Shown here: piece after piece, positions 27,222-36,353 of the stretch
Position numbering within the stretch: the stretch's first letter is position 1
Layout of the letters: every line of letters begins with the position of its first letter
NCBI GenBank assembly: GCA_019239875.1
Contig: JAFAZI010000109.1
Span: 2,372 to 66,371 of the forward strand
Origin: Frankiaceae bacterium
GTDB lineage: Bacteria > Actinomycetota > Actinomycetes > JAFAQI01
Direction: 5' to 3'
Length of the DNA: 64,000 bases
Notes under the pieces: model-generated
Seen by the model: only the letters and a program-made list of their open reading frames with translations
The model's database searches: none
What the model was told of the DNA's origin: nothing
Translations under genes and position numbers: made by a program

Positions 27222-28616
27222 GTGCGCGACGGTGGCCCGGTGAGCGCCGAGCTCGTCTCGGTGCCGGGCGGCGCCGACCGGATCGACATCGACCGGACCC
27301 CGCCGCAGGACATCCTTGCCGAGCAGTGCGTGCTCGGCGGGATGCTGCTGTCCAAGGACGCGATCGCCGATGTCGTCGAGGTGCTGCGGCCGACCGACTT
27401 CTACCGGCCGGTGCACCAGACGATCTACGACGCGGTCATCGACCTCTACGGCAAGGGCGAGCCGGCTGACCCGGTCACGATCGCCGCGGAGCTCACTCGC
27501 ACCGGCCACCTCGAGCGGGTCGGCGGCGGGCCATACCTCCACACTTTGGTCGCCTCGGTGCCGACGGCGGCGAACGCGGGCTACTACGCCGAGATCGTGC
27601 GGGAGCGCGCGATCCTGCGCCGACTGGTGGAAGCCGGGACGAGGGTCGTGCAGCTCGGGTACGGCGCGGCCGCCGGCATGGGCGGCGATGTCGACGATGT
27701 GGTCGATCGCGCGCAGGCCGCCGTGTACGAGGTCGTCGAGCGGCGCACCAGCGAGGACTACATCGGTCTCGAAGCCGCGATGTGGCAGACCTACAACGAG
27801 ATTGAGGCGATCGGAAACCGAGACGGCGAGCTGTATGGCGTGCCCACCGGATTCCGAGACCTTGATGAGCTGACCAACGGTCTTCACGCCGGCCAACTCA
27901 TCATCGTCGGGGGCAGGCCAGGTCTCGGGAAGTCGACAGTGGGGATGGACTTCCTGCGTTCGGCAAGCATTTCCCACAACCTTGCGTCGGTCCTTTTCTC
28001 GCTTGAAATGGGCAAGAGCGAGATCACCATGCGGTTGTTGTCAGCTGAGGCGCGAATCCCACTGACCCGCATTCGCACCGGCACCCTGACCGATGACGAC
28101 TGGAACAAGCTCGCGCGGCGGATGGGTGAGGTGGCGTCTGCGCCGATGTTCATCGACGACTCACCGAACATGACGATGATGGAGATCCGAGCCAAGGCGC
28201 GACGCCTGAAGCAGCGACACGACCTGCGGCTGATCGTCGTCGACTACCTCCAGCTGATGACCAGCCCGAAGCGGGTTGAGAACCGGCAGCAAGAAGTCGC
28301 GGAGATGAGTCGATCCCTCAAGCTGCTCGCGAAGGAGCTCGGCGTGCCGGTCGTCGCATTGAGCCAGTTGAACCGCGCGTCCGAACAGCGCTCGGACAAG
28401 CGTCCACAGCTTTCTGACTTGAGAGAAAGTGGATCTGTGGAGCAAGATGCAGACATGGTGATCTTGCTGCATCGTGAAGATGCCTACGAGCGAGAGTCAC
28501 CAAGAGCGGGCGAGGCGGACCTGATCGTCGCCAAACATCGAAACGGTCCGACGAAGGATGTCGTCGTTTCGAGCCAACTCCATTACTCGCGCTTCGTGGA
28601 CATGCCTCACAGCTAG
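27222..28616 (+). CDS. dnaB: replicative DNA helicase DnaB, complete and intein-free
   Basis: N-terminal domain (PPQDILAEQCVLGGMLLSKDAIADVVE), Walker A (GGRPGLGKST), Walker B (LIVVDYLQLM) and an uninterrupted DLRESGSVEQDADMVILL. The C-terminus is HYSRFVDMPHS. The exact start is uncertain (GTG 27222 or 27240). Confidence 0.95.
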   Translation: MRDGGPVSAELVSVPGGADRIDIDRTPPQDILAEQCVLGGMLLSKDAIADVVEVLRPTDFYRPVHQTIYDAVIDLYGKGEPADPVTIAAELTRTGHLERVGGGPYLHTLVASVPTAANAGYYAEIVRERAILRRLVEAGTRVVQLGYGAAAGMGGDVDDVVDRAQAAVYEVVERRTSEDYIGLEAAMWQTYNEIEAIGNRDGELYGVPTGFRDLDELTNGLHAGQLIIVGGRPGLGKSTVGMDFLRSASISHNLASVLFSLEMGKSEITMRLLSAEARIPLTRIRTGTLTDDDWNKLARRMGEVASAPMFIDDSPNMTMMEIRAKARRLKQRHDLRLIVVDYLQLMTSPKRVENRQQEVAEMSRSLKLLAKELGVPVVALSQLNRASEQRSDKRPQLSDLRESGSVEQDADMVILLHREDAYERESPRAGEADLIVAKHRNGPTKDVVVSSQLHYSRFVDMPHS

Positions 28617-28631
28617 CGAATCGAGGGTCTG

Positions 28632-29945
28632 GTGTCCGATCGGCCAGCCCTGTCCGGCGAGGCCCGCATTTCGCGGGTCGACACCGGGAACCAGGTTGCG
28701 ATTCGCGATCTGGTCGGTCGAGCGGACGTACCCGTGTGGGCACTCGATGAACGGCTCCGGCTGGTGGGGGCGGTAGCCAGGGTGGTATCGAGTTGCGGAC
28801 CGGCGCGGGCGTCGAGAATTCGCCTCGCGTCGGGCCACGTCGTCACTGCAGCCGCGGGCCAGCCGCTGCTCACCATTGTCGGCTGGCGTCGCGTCGCGGA
28901 GCTTCCCATGGGAGCGACGGTGGCGACCTCACGGTCGCTGCCCGAGCCGCGTGGACCCGCGTCATGGCCGGAGCACGAAGTCGTCATGCTGGCTCACCTG
29001 CTCGGTGACGGGTGTGTCACTCGCGATCCGATCTACTACTGCTCGCGTGACGAGGCCAATCTCGAGGTGGTCGAAAAGGCCGCTCGAGGCTTCGGCGTCG
29101 GCACTCGACGCACCCCCGGTCGGGGCGTTACTTATGTGCACTTCCCGATGCTCGATCGACAGGCGCGGGGCCATACGAATCCGCTCTATGACTGGCTACG
29201 TCGGCTCGGCGTCATGGGGCACCGGGCGTGGGAAAAGCAGCTGCCAGCAGAGGTTCATCAGCTGTCGGGTGAGCAGTGCAAAATGTTCTTGCGCCACCTG
29301 TGGGCGACCGACGGATCGGTCACGACCAGCTCCAGCGGTAGAACGCGGATCTACTACGCGACGACCAGTCGACGACTCGCGGAGGACATCCAGGTGCTGC
29401 TAGCACGTTCTGGAATCGGGGCGCGGATCCGAGCGACGACCGCCTCGAAACTCGGCAAGCATCAGGGATGGACCGTCGACGTCAGCGGACGCGACAACAT
29501 GATGATCTTCCTGCTTTCCATCGGAGTCCATGGAGGGCGTGGCCTTCGCTGTGAGCAGGCAATCGCGAACCTCGCCCATCGGGTGGGTAACCCGAACGTC
29601 GATGTGATTCCCGCCGGCATCTGGGAGTACATCCAGCAGCGGATGTCGCAAACGGGGGTGTCCGTCGCCGACCTCGCCAAGCGCTTGAATCGTGTGCAGT
29701 TGACGAGCACCTACTTCAAAACTGGCGTGTCTCGTCCGCGGATGACGATTGTCGCTGCGGCGCTCGGCGAGCGCCGGCTTGCGGATCTCGCAACGTCAGA
29801 CGTGCGGTGGGAACGCATCGTGGCGATCGATCCTGTCGACGATGGCGAACTATTCAAGGTTGTCGTCGCCGGCGCAGATTCCGTCCTCGCAAATTTGGTG
29901 ATTGCTGGTGCGCCCGGCCCGCTCAGCTCAGCGGGGTGGAGCTAG
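28632..29945 (+). mobile_element. free-standing degenerate DnaB-type intein ORF (Hint domain plus LAGLIDADG homing endonuclease)
   Basis: 437-aa ORF in the same frame as dnaB, 15 nt after its TAG. Block A-like ALSGEARISRVDTGNQVAIRDLV has Ala where Cys1 should be. Block B reads TAAAGQP, so the His is lost. The LAGLIDADG motifs MLAHLLGDGCV and FLRHLWATDGSV are intact. The C-terminal block reads VLANLVIAG instead of ..VHN. Confidence 0.8.
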
Positions 29946-30031
29946 TGAGGCCGAGCATCTCCTCGCTGACTTACCCAGCTTCGCTCACTGCTCGTCCCTT
30001 TCCGCAAGGGTGACCCTTTCGGAAAGGAGCG

Positions 30032-31513
30032 TCAGGAAGAGCCGTGCTTTGGCTGGTGGAGCTTCTGGTGCTTCGGCTTCTTGTAGTGCTGCTTCGGTGA
30101 TGTCGGGATGTGGAACGCCGGCTTGCCGTTCACGCACCATGGGTTAGCAGGGATGCCCTTGCACGGGTTCTTCATCGTCCGCTGCGCCCGGGGTGCCTTT
30201 CCGGCGCCTTTGAAGTCCTTGGGTTCCGTGATCCCCGCTGCGTTGAGCGCGACCTGGATCGACGCGACCGGGTCGCCCGGCCCGAAGACGCCCTTGCCCT
30301 GGCCGCGACCCGGGTTCGAGTCGTCGCAGCTGTACAGGTGCATCAGGTTGCTCGGGTCCGTGGTCGCGCCGTGCTTGTGGCCGCCGGTCCGGTCGATGTT
30401 GTGGTCCGCGCAGTTCTGTACGCCGCTGCCGTCGAACACGACGTCCGCGTCGCCCGGCTGGTTGCCCCAGCCGACGTGACGGAACGTGTTGTGGAGGACC
30501 TGGTTGTCCATCGGCGGGAAGAACAGCCAGTGCAGCACGACGCCAGTGTGCTTCTCGTTCACGATCAGGTTGTCCCGGACGATGTCGTCTGAGCCGCCGG
30601 CGATCTCGATCCCGTTGCCCACCGGTGCGATCGCGGTGATGCCGGAGCCGGGCGTGTTGTGCGCGTTGTTGTCGTGCACGTAGTTCTTCGCGATGTAGAC
30701 GCCGTCCTGCGGCGGGTCCGGCTCGCTGGTCAGGGTGTTGGGCACGATGCCGCTGGCGTTGTGGTCCCACTCGCTGTTGAGGATGAACAGTTCGCCACCG
30801 GCGTTGGTCCCGGAGTAGCCGATCGGGTTGTGCTGCGCCCGCGAGTTCGTGATGACCGCGTTGCAGTCGCGGCAGCCGCCGATGTAGATGCCGGAGTCGG
30901 CATTCCACGATCCGTAGTCGAAGGCGAACGTCGACGGCACCTTCCCGCGGGTCTCCGAGTCGTAGGCGTAGATGCCGTAGTCCCCGTTGTCGTACGCGGT
31001 CAGGTAGTTGCCCCAGTAGCCGTGAACGCCGGTCCAGTAGAAGGCGTTCGCCGCACCGGTGAAGTACCGCTGCGCGCTCATGTTCTCGACCCAGGTCCGG
31101 TTGACGCCGAGCACGTGCACGGCGGAGCCGCCCGTCTTCTTGCCGTCGAACAGGACACCGTTGCGGTTCATCCCCCGGATGTGGAGGCCACCAGTCAGAC
31201 CGTGCCCGCGCTGCACCGTCGTCTGCTGCTTGTACAGGCCCGGCCACACCAGGATGTAGTCGCCGTTGCGCGCATGGTCCACCGCGAGCTGCAGCTTCGT
31301 GAAGTAGTGGTGCTTGGTGTGCGGGCACTTGCGCGTCCCGTTGCACACGAGCAGGACGCGGTGACGGTGATGCGCCTTGTGATGATGCGTCACCGGCCGG
31401 TGGCGAACCGGCGACGCCGACGTCGCCGAGGCTGCGAGCAGCGTCGTACCGATCGCCAGTACGCCGGCCAGGCTGATCGCCCGGTGCTTGTTGATCAGGC
31501 GGGTCACGGTCAC
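30032..31513 (-). CDS. secreted right-handed parallel beta-helix repeat protein with His-rich termini
   Basis: Trimmed to the GTG at 31513, which overlaps the multicopper oxidase stop (GTGA). It has a signal peptide (ISLAGVLAIGTTLLAASATSA) and His-rich stretches (HRPVTHHHKAHHRHR and HYKKPKHQKLHQPKH). Repetitive G-x-x-I/V-x-N beta-helix rungs are present (NRTWVENM, NAVITNS, GNGIEIAGGSDDIVRDN). Confidence 0.7.
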   Translation of the reverse strand: MTVTRLINKHRAISLAGVLAIGTTLLAASATSASPVRHRPVTHHHKAHHRHRVLLVCNGTRKCPHTKHHYFTKLQLAVDHARNGDYILVWPGLYKQQTTVQRGHGLTGGLHIRGMNRNGVLFDGKKTGGSAVHVLGVNRTWVENMSAQRYFTGAANAFYWTGVHGYWGNYLTAYDNGDYGIYAYDSETRGKVPSTFAFDYGSWNADSGIYIGGCRDCNAVITNSRAQHNPIGYSGTNAGGELFILNSEWDHNASGIVPNTLTSEPDPPQDGVYIAKNYVHDNNAHNTPGSGITAIAPVGNGIEIAGGSDDIVRDNLIVNEKHTGVVLHWLFFPPMDNQVLHNTFRHVGWGNQPGDADVVFDGSGVQNCADHNIDRTGGHKHGATTDPSNLMHLYSCDDSNPGRGQGKGVFGPGDPVASIQVALNAAGITEPKDFKGAGKAPRAQRTMKNPCKGIPANPWCVNGKPAFHIPTSPKQHYKKPKHQKLHQPKHGSS

Positions 31514-34149
31514 GAGATCCCCTTCGACTCGATCGCGGGTAGGGCAGACGGAATGGCGCGGCGGACCGCCGCGAGATACGGGTCGAACGGCCGCCAGGCA
31601 CGGACCCGGTCGGGCAGGAAGCCACGGATCGCCACCAGGACGAGCGGCACCTCGACCGCCAGCGACGCGATCCCCCACGGGTCCAACCACTCACCGACGT
31701 GGTCCGGGATCTGTGGCAAACCGATCGCGCGACTCCACAGATACCCCGCGATGGTGAGCCCGGCCGCCCAGCCACCGACGCCGTCGAGCAGACGGGTACG
31801 ACGCCAGCTCGCCATCGCGAGTGAGGCAGCCGCCGCCCCGAAGATCAACAGGCCGAAGCCCACCGCCAGGTAGGGCGCCTCCCGCAGCTTGTCCAGCCAA
31901 TCCGAGGCATGCGTTACGGCGACCCCGGCCAGCAGCAGGATCGCGAAAGCTCGCAGCACCGGACCGGACAGCTCGCGGCGGCGGCGCCACAGCAGGACCA
32001 GCGCGAGGAAGGGCGCCTCGACTGACACCACCCACCCGAGGCGGACCAGCTTGCTCATCCAGACCGGCGGCGGACCGGCCATCTCGCTCATGTCCATCGA
32101 CGTCGAGGTCTCCGGCTTGCCGGTGCCCATCGCCCCCATGCCCATCGCGGCCATCCGCGGCGTCACGGTGACGTGATTGGTGGCCGCCACTGCGGTCTCC
32201 ATCGCCTGACCGAGCGACAGCTTCGCGAGCTTCGCAGGCATCGCCGGCCCGTGACCGAAGACGTAGCCCTTCGGGGCGTGAGCCGGCTGCGCGCCCGATT
32301 TCGTCACGAGGAACTGCGCCATCATCCCGTGGTCCTCGTGGTCGAGCATGTGGCAATGGATCATGAAGACACCGGTGTAGTCGCTCAGCGTCGACGCCAC
32401 CTCGACGCTGTCACCCGGGTCGAGCCGCCACGTGTCCATGAGCCCGCGTTCATACGGCGGGGGCGGCTGGCCGTTGACGAGGACGGTGTGCCACTGCTCC
32501 TCGTGGAGGTGGATGAAGTGCGTTGTGGTGCCGACGTTGGTCAGCAGCCACGTCTGTGTCGAGCCGCGCGGCGCCGAGAAGTCGATCCGGTTCGGGCTGT
32601 AAGGCTTGCCGTTGACTGCCCAGAACGTGCCGCGGTTGGCGTTGCCGCCCAACCCGAACACCCACGTCGCGGTGGGCACCGACGCCGCGTCGATGTCGGG
32701 TGCTGATGGCATCGACTTCGGCACCCGGGTGTGATCCGGCGCCTTGCGCCCCACCCGGAACTCCATCAGTGCCTCGGCCGGTGTGCCGATCCCGCCCGGT
32801 GCGTTGTCGCTGCGCAGGATGGACTTGAGCAACACCCGCTTGTGTTGCTCGCCATGGAAGTTGACGATCACGTCGGCGCGCTGCGCGGGGCCGAGCATGA
32901 TGTCCGGCCGCTTCACCGGCTTCGGCAGCAGGCCCGAGCCGTTGCCGATCTGGACCAGCGGCTGATGGTCGGACATGGCGAAGTCGTAGGACTGGAAATC
33001 CGACGAGTTGAGGATCCGCAGCCGGTAGCGGTGCGCCTTCACCTTCAGGTGCGGCCGGTAGACCCCGTTCACGAGGATGTCATTGCCGACCGTAGCGTCG
33101 CCCGGCGGTGCGTACACACCGTTGTACTTGGCCGTGACCGGTTGGACGCCGGTAGGGAACGGCTCCTCCAACTGGTTCAGGTTGTCGAACGCGCGATCCG
33201 CGACGGCGAGTGGTACGTCGTACCGGCCGCCTGGCAGGTGCAGTTTGCTCTCACCCTTGTGGGTGATCTCGAACATTCCCTGCAGGCCGTTCCAGTTGTT
33301 GCGGCCGGTCAGCCCCATGCGGTGGTCGTGGTAGAACTCGAACGCCGACGGCTCCGGCTTGCCGCCGTCGGTCAGCGGATAGGTGTAGGTCCGCTTGTGT
33401 CCCTCCTTCAGGAGCTTCGAGTCCGGCTGGCCGTCGAACTTCGACTCGTGGTGATCACCGTGCAGATGCACCGTGATGGGCCCCACGCCGCGCGAGAGCT
33501 TGTTGACGAAGGTGACCTTCGTCTTGTGGCCCGCCGGCCGTCGGATCGTGGGACCTGGGTAGGAGCCGCCGAAGGTCCACATCTGGGTCTTCGGGCCGTG
33601 CGGCAGGACCCGGACTCCCTTGTTGACCACCGGTATCGGGATGTGCGAGCCGGTCAGCACTCGCGGGATCCGCAGTCTCGACGGGAACTTCTGCTTCGGC
33701 GCGGACGGCGGCTTTCCGCCGCTGCCCTCGACGATCAGGGTCCCGGTCATGTTGGGGTGGAACTGGCAGTAGAACGCGTACGAACCCGGCGCGAGCTTCT
33801 TCACCCCGGCGACGTTGACCGTCTCGCCGGGCAGCGCGTTGCCGCTGAACAACGGCTTGCCGCTCGGCTTGCGGGCGACCGAGGTCACCGTGTGTGCGAG
33901 CTGGTCCAGGTTGATGAAGGACAGCGGGCTGCCCTTCGTGACCACGGTGAGCTTTGTGTAGAAGCCGGTCGAGGCGCCGCCCGGCCCGACGAGGACGGCG
34001 CCTTTGAGTGTGGTCTGCGAGGTCGGTACGCCGCCGAGCGTGAACCCTCGCGACGCCGCCGACGCCTGCGAGCTGCCGACGTACGTCCCGCCACCGATGA
34101 CCAGGGCGAGGACGAGCAGGATCAGCCGGGGAAGGGGGGCGCGGCGCAC
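31510..34149 (-). CDS. multicopper oxidase fused to an N-terminal cupredoxin and a C-terminal polytopic membrane domain
   Basis: 879-aa ORF with a signal peptide. It has a plastocyanin-like T1 site (YAFYCQFHPNMTGTLIV) and the four MCO motifs HLHGDHH, FYHDHRMG, HFIHLHEEQWH and HCHMLDHEDHGMM. A Met-rich segment (MAAMGMGAMGTGKPETSTSMDMSEM) is followed by about 5-6 TM helices. Confidence 0.88.
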   Translation of the reverse strand: MRRAPLPRLILLVLALVIGGGTYVGSSQASAASRGFTLGGVPTSQTTLKGAVLVGPGGASTGFYTKLTVVTKGSPLSFINLDQLAHTVTSVARKPSGKPLFSGNALPGETVNVAGVKKLAPGSYAFYCQFHPNMTGTLIVEGSGGKPPSAPKQKFPSRLRIPRVLTGSHIPIPVVNKGVRVLPHGPKTQMWTFGGSYPGPTIRRPAGHKTKVTFVNKLSRGVGPITVHLHGDHHESKFDGQPDSKLLKEGHKRTYTYPLTDGGKPEPSAFEFYHDHRMGLTGRNNWNGLQGMFEITHKGESKLHLPGGRYDVPLAVADRAFDNLNQLEEPFPTGVQPVTAKYNGVYAPPGDATVGNDILVNGVYRPHLKVKAHRYRLRILNSSDFQSYDFAMSDHQPLVQIGNGSGLLPKPVKRPDIMLGPAQRADVIVNFHGEQHKRVLLKSILRSDNAPGGIGTPAEALMEFRVGRKAPDHTRVPKSMPSAPDIDAASVPTATWVFGLGGNANRGTFWAVNGKPYSPNRIDFSAPRGSTQTWLLTNVGTTTHFIHLHEEQWHTVLVNGQPPPPYERGLMDTWRLDPGDSVEVASTLSDYTGVFMIHCHMLDHEDHGMMAQFLVTKSGAQPAHAPKGYVFGHGPAMPAKLAKLSLGQAMETAVAATNHVTVTPRMAAMGMGAMGTGKPETSTSMDMSEMAGPPPVWMSKLVRLGWVVSVEAPFLALVLLWRRRRELSGPVLRAFAILLLAGVAVTHASDWLDKLREAPYLAVGFGLLIFGAAAASLAMASWRRTRLLDGVGGWAAGLTIAGYLWSRAIGLPQIPDHVGEWLDPWGIASLAVEVPLVLVAIRGFLPDRVRAWRPFDPYLAAVRRAIPSALPAIESKGIS

Positions 34150-34274
34150 GGTGACATGTTCGCGGCTCGCGGCTTCAGATCCTGCCTCCCGACGGCCGTC
34201 GCTGCCGGTTTCGGCGTCACCGAACGTCGTTCGCTAACATCGAACGACGGAGCGCGCATTCCTGACGCGCCAGC

Positions 34275-35609
34275 ATGATGAGGTGCGGCAAGCGCGTGGT
34301 CGATCTTTCCCCGAACCTCACTGCCGTGTCCCGTGGTCCTGAGTCGCTGCGAATCGCGCTGCTGTCCTACCGCAGCAAGCCGCACTGCGGCGGGCAGGGT
34401 GTCTACGTCCGGCACGTCTCCCGTGAGCTGGCTGAGCTCGGTCACCACGTTGAGGTCATCAGCGGCCAGCCGTACCCCATCCTCGACGCCGGCCCGCACC
34501 TGACCGAGCTCCCGAGCCTCGACCTCTACGCCGACGAGGACCCCTTTCGGGTGCCGAACTGGCGGGAGTTCCGGGACTGGATCGACCTGGTGGAGTTCGC
34601 CTCCATGGGAACCGGGGGATTCCCGGAGCCGCTGACCTTCTCGCTGCGAGCCGCCCGGATGCTGAAGCGGCGGCTCGCCGACTTCGACGTCGTCCACGAC
34701 AACCAGACCCTCGGTTACGGGATGAACGGCATCGCGAAGGCCGGCCTCCCGTTGATCGCGACCATCCATCACCCGTGCAGCGTCGACCGAGTCGTCGAGA
34801 TCGAGAACGCGCCGAACCTTCGCCAGAACCTCGGCAAACGGCGCTGGTACTCGTTCACCCGCATGCAGGGCCGGGTCGCCCGGAAGATGTCGTCGATCGT
34901 CACGGTGTCGACGAACTCTGCGTCGGACATCGTGCGCGACTACAAGGTCGATCCCGACGTCATGCGCATCGTGCCGATCGGCGTCGACACGACGACGTTC
35001 CGGCCGCCGACCGCGCCGCGGGTGCCAGGCCGGATCGTCGCGGTCTCGAGCTCGGACAGCCCGATCAAGGGCGTGAAGATCCTGCTCGAGGCAGTGGCGA
35101 AGCTGCGGACGGGTCATGACGTCGAGCTGGTGGTCGTGGGCAAGCCGAACCCTGACGGCCCGGTGTCCCGCGCGGTCGTCGACCTCAATCTCGGGGACAC
35201 GGTGCGGTTCGTCTCGGGCCTGTCCAACGACGGCATCGCCGAGCTGTTCGCCTCCGCGGAGATCGCCGTCGTGCCGTCGCTCTACGAAGGCTTCTCGATC
35301 CCCGCGGTCGAGGCGATGGCTTGCGCGACGCCGCTGATCGCGACCACCGGCGGAGCGCTTCCCGAGGTCGCGGGCACGGACGGCTCGACCGCCGTACTCG
35401 TGAAGCCCGGTGACCCCGCCGAGCTTGCCGACGCGTTGTCGGCGCTGTTCGATGACGCCGACCGGCGGCAGGCGATCGGTCTTGCCGGCCGGCGGCGGGT
35501 CGAGACGTCGTACACGTGGCGCGCGGTCGCCGAGTCGATGGTCGAGGTGTACCGCGACGCGATCGAGCGCACTGCCAGCCAGCGCGTGCAGCGGGACGGC
35601 AAGGCCTAG
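34275..35609 (+). CDS. GT4-family (GT-B fold) glycosyltransferase
   Basis: Sequence RIALLSYRSKPHCGGQGVYVRHVSRELAELGHHV, plus the C-terminal EGFSIPAVEAMACATPLIAT motif (E-x7-E type). The start may be the GTG at 34326. Confidence 0.88.
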   Translation: MMRCGKRVVDLSPNLTAVSRGPESLRIALLSYRSKPHCGGQGVYVRHVSRELAELGHHVEVISGQPYPILDAGPHLTELPSLDLYADEDPFRVPNWREFRDWIDLVEFASMGTGGFPEPLTFSLRAARMLKRRLADFDVVHDNQTLGYGMNGIAKAGLPLIATIHHPCSVDRVVEIENAPNLRQNLGKRRWYSFTRMQGRVARKMSSIVTVSTNSASDIVRDYKVDPDVMRIVPIGVDTTTFRPPTAPRVPGRIVAVSSSDSPIKGVKILLEAVAKLRTGHDVELVVVGKPNPDGPVSRAVVDLNLGDTVRFVSGLSNDGIAELFASAEIAVVPSLYEGFSIPAVEAMACATPLIATTGGALPEVAGTDGSTAVLVKPGDPAELADALSALFDDADRRQAIGLAGRRRVETSYTWRAVAESMVEVYRDAIERTASQRVQRDGKA

Positions 35610-35618
35610 GGGTATCGA

Positions 35619-36353
35619 ATGCTGACGGTCGACTTCAGGCAGTTCCCGATCGCACCGCGTGACCGGGTGCTCGACCTCGGCTGCGGCTTCGGGCGCCACG
35701 CGTTCGAGTTGTTCCGCCGCGGGGCTGACGTCGTCGCGTACGACCACAGCCTCGAGGAGCTTCGCGAGGTCTCGACGATGTTCTACGCGATGAGCACCAG
35801 CGGCGAGGCGGCGCGCGGCGCGACTGCCGCAGTCGTGCGGGGCGACGTGCTCTCGCTGCCGTTCCCGGACGCCTCCTTCGACGCCGTGATCGCCTCTGAG
35901 GTGCTGGAGCACATCCCCGACGACGAGGCGGCGATGGCGGAGATCACTCGTATCGTCAAGCCGGGCGGGCAGGTCGCCGTGACCGTGCCGCGCTGGTGGC
36001 CGGAGCAGATCAACTGGGCGCTCCCGGGCGAGTACCAGAACACTCCCGGTGGTCACATCCGGATCTATCGCGGCGACCAGCTGATCTCGCGGCTCGAGGC
36101 CACCGGGCTCCAGGTGCGCGGCCAGCATCATGCCCACGCGCTGCACTCGCCGTACTGGTGGCTGAACTGCACCTTCGGCCGGCAGAGCCTGCCCTCGCGC
36201 ACCTACAACAAGCTGCTCGAGTGGGACATCATCTCGGCGCCGTGGGTGACCCGGACCGCTGAGAAGCTGCTCAACCCGGTGATGGGGAAGAGCCTCGTCG
36301 TGTACGCCGACAAGCCGGCCGCCCGTGAGGGGACGTCAAGTGCGGCTGCCTGA
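35619..36353 (+). CDS. class I SAM-dependent methyltransferase
   Basis: Motif I VLDLGCGFGRHAFEL and post-I/II motifs (VVAYDHS, FDAVIASEVLEHIPD). Confidence 0.88.
   Translation: MLTVDFRQFPIAPRDRVLDLGCGFGRHAFELFRRGADVVAYDHSLEELREVSTMFYAMSTSGEAARGATAAVVRGDVLSLPFPDASFDAVIASEVLEHIPDDEAAMAEITRIVKPGGQVAVTVPRWWPEQINWALPGEYQNTPGGHIRIYRGDQLISRLEATGLQVRGQHHAHALHSPYWWLNCTFGRQSLPSRTYNKLLEWDIISAPWVTRTAEKLLNPVMGKSLVVYADKPAAREGTSSAAA

Noticed and set aside
27222-29945. dnaB plus the downstream ORF considered as one canonical intein-containing dnaB gene, or as a functional TAG read-through fusion.
   Set aside because: The helicase is complete before the TAG, the normal insertion site RESG|S is intact, and the intein-like ORF lacks Cys1, the block B His, the terminal His-Asn and any C-extein. 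It therefore cannot splice. The shared frame is noted in a finding, but there is no evidence for read-through.
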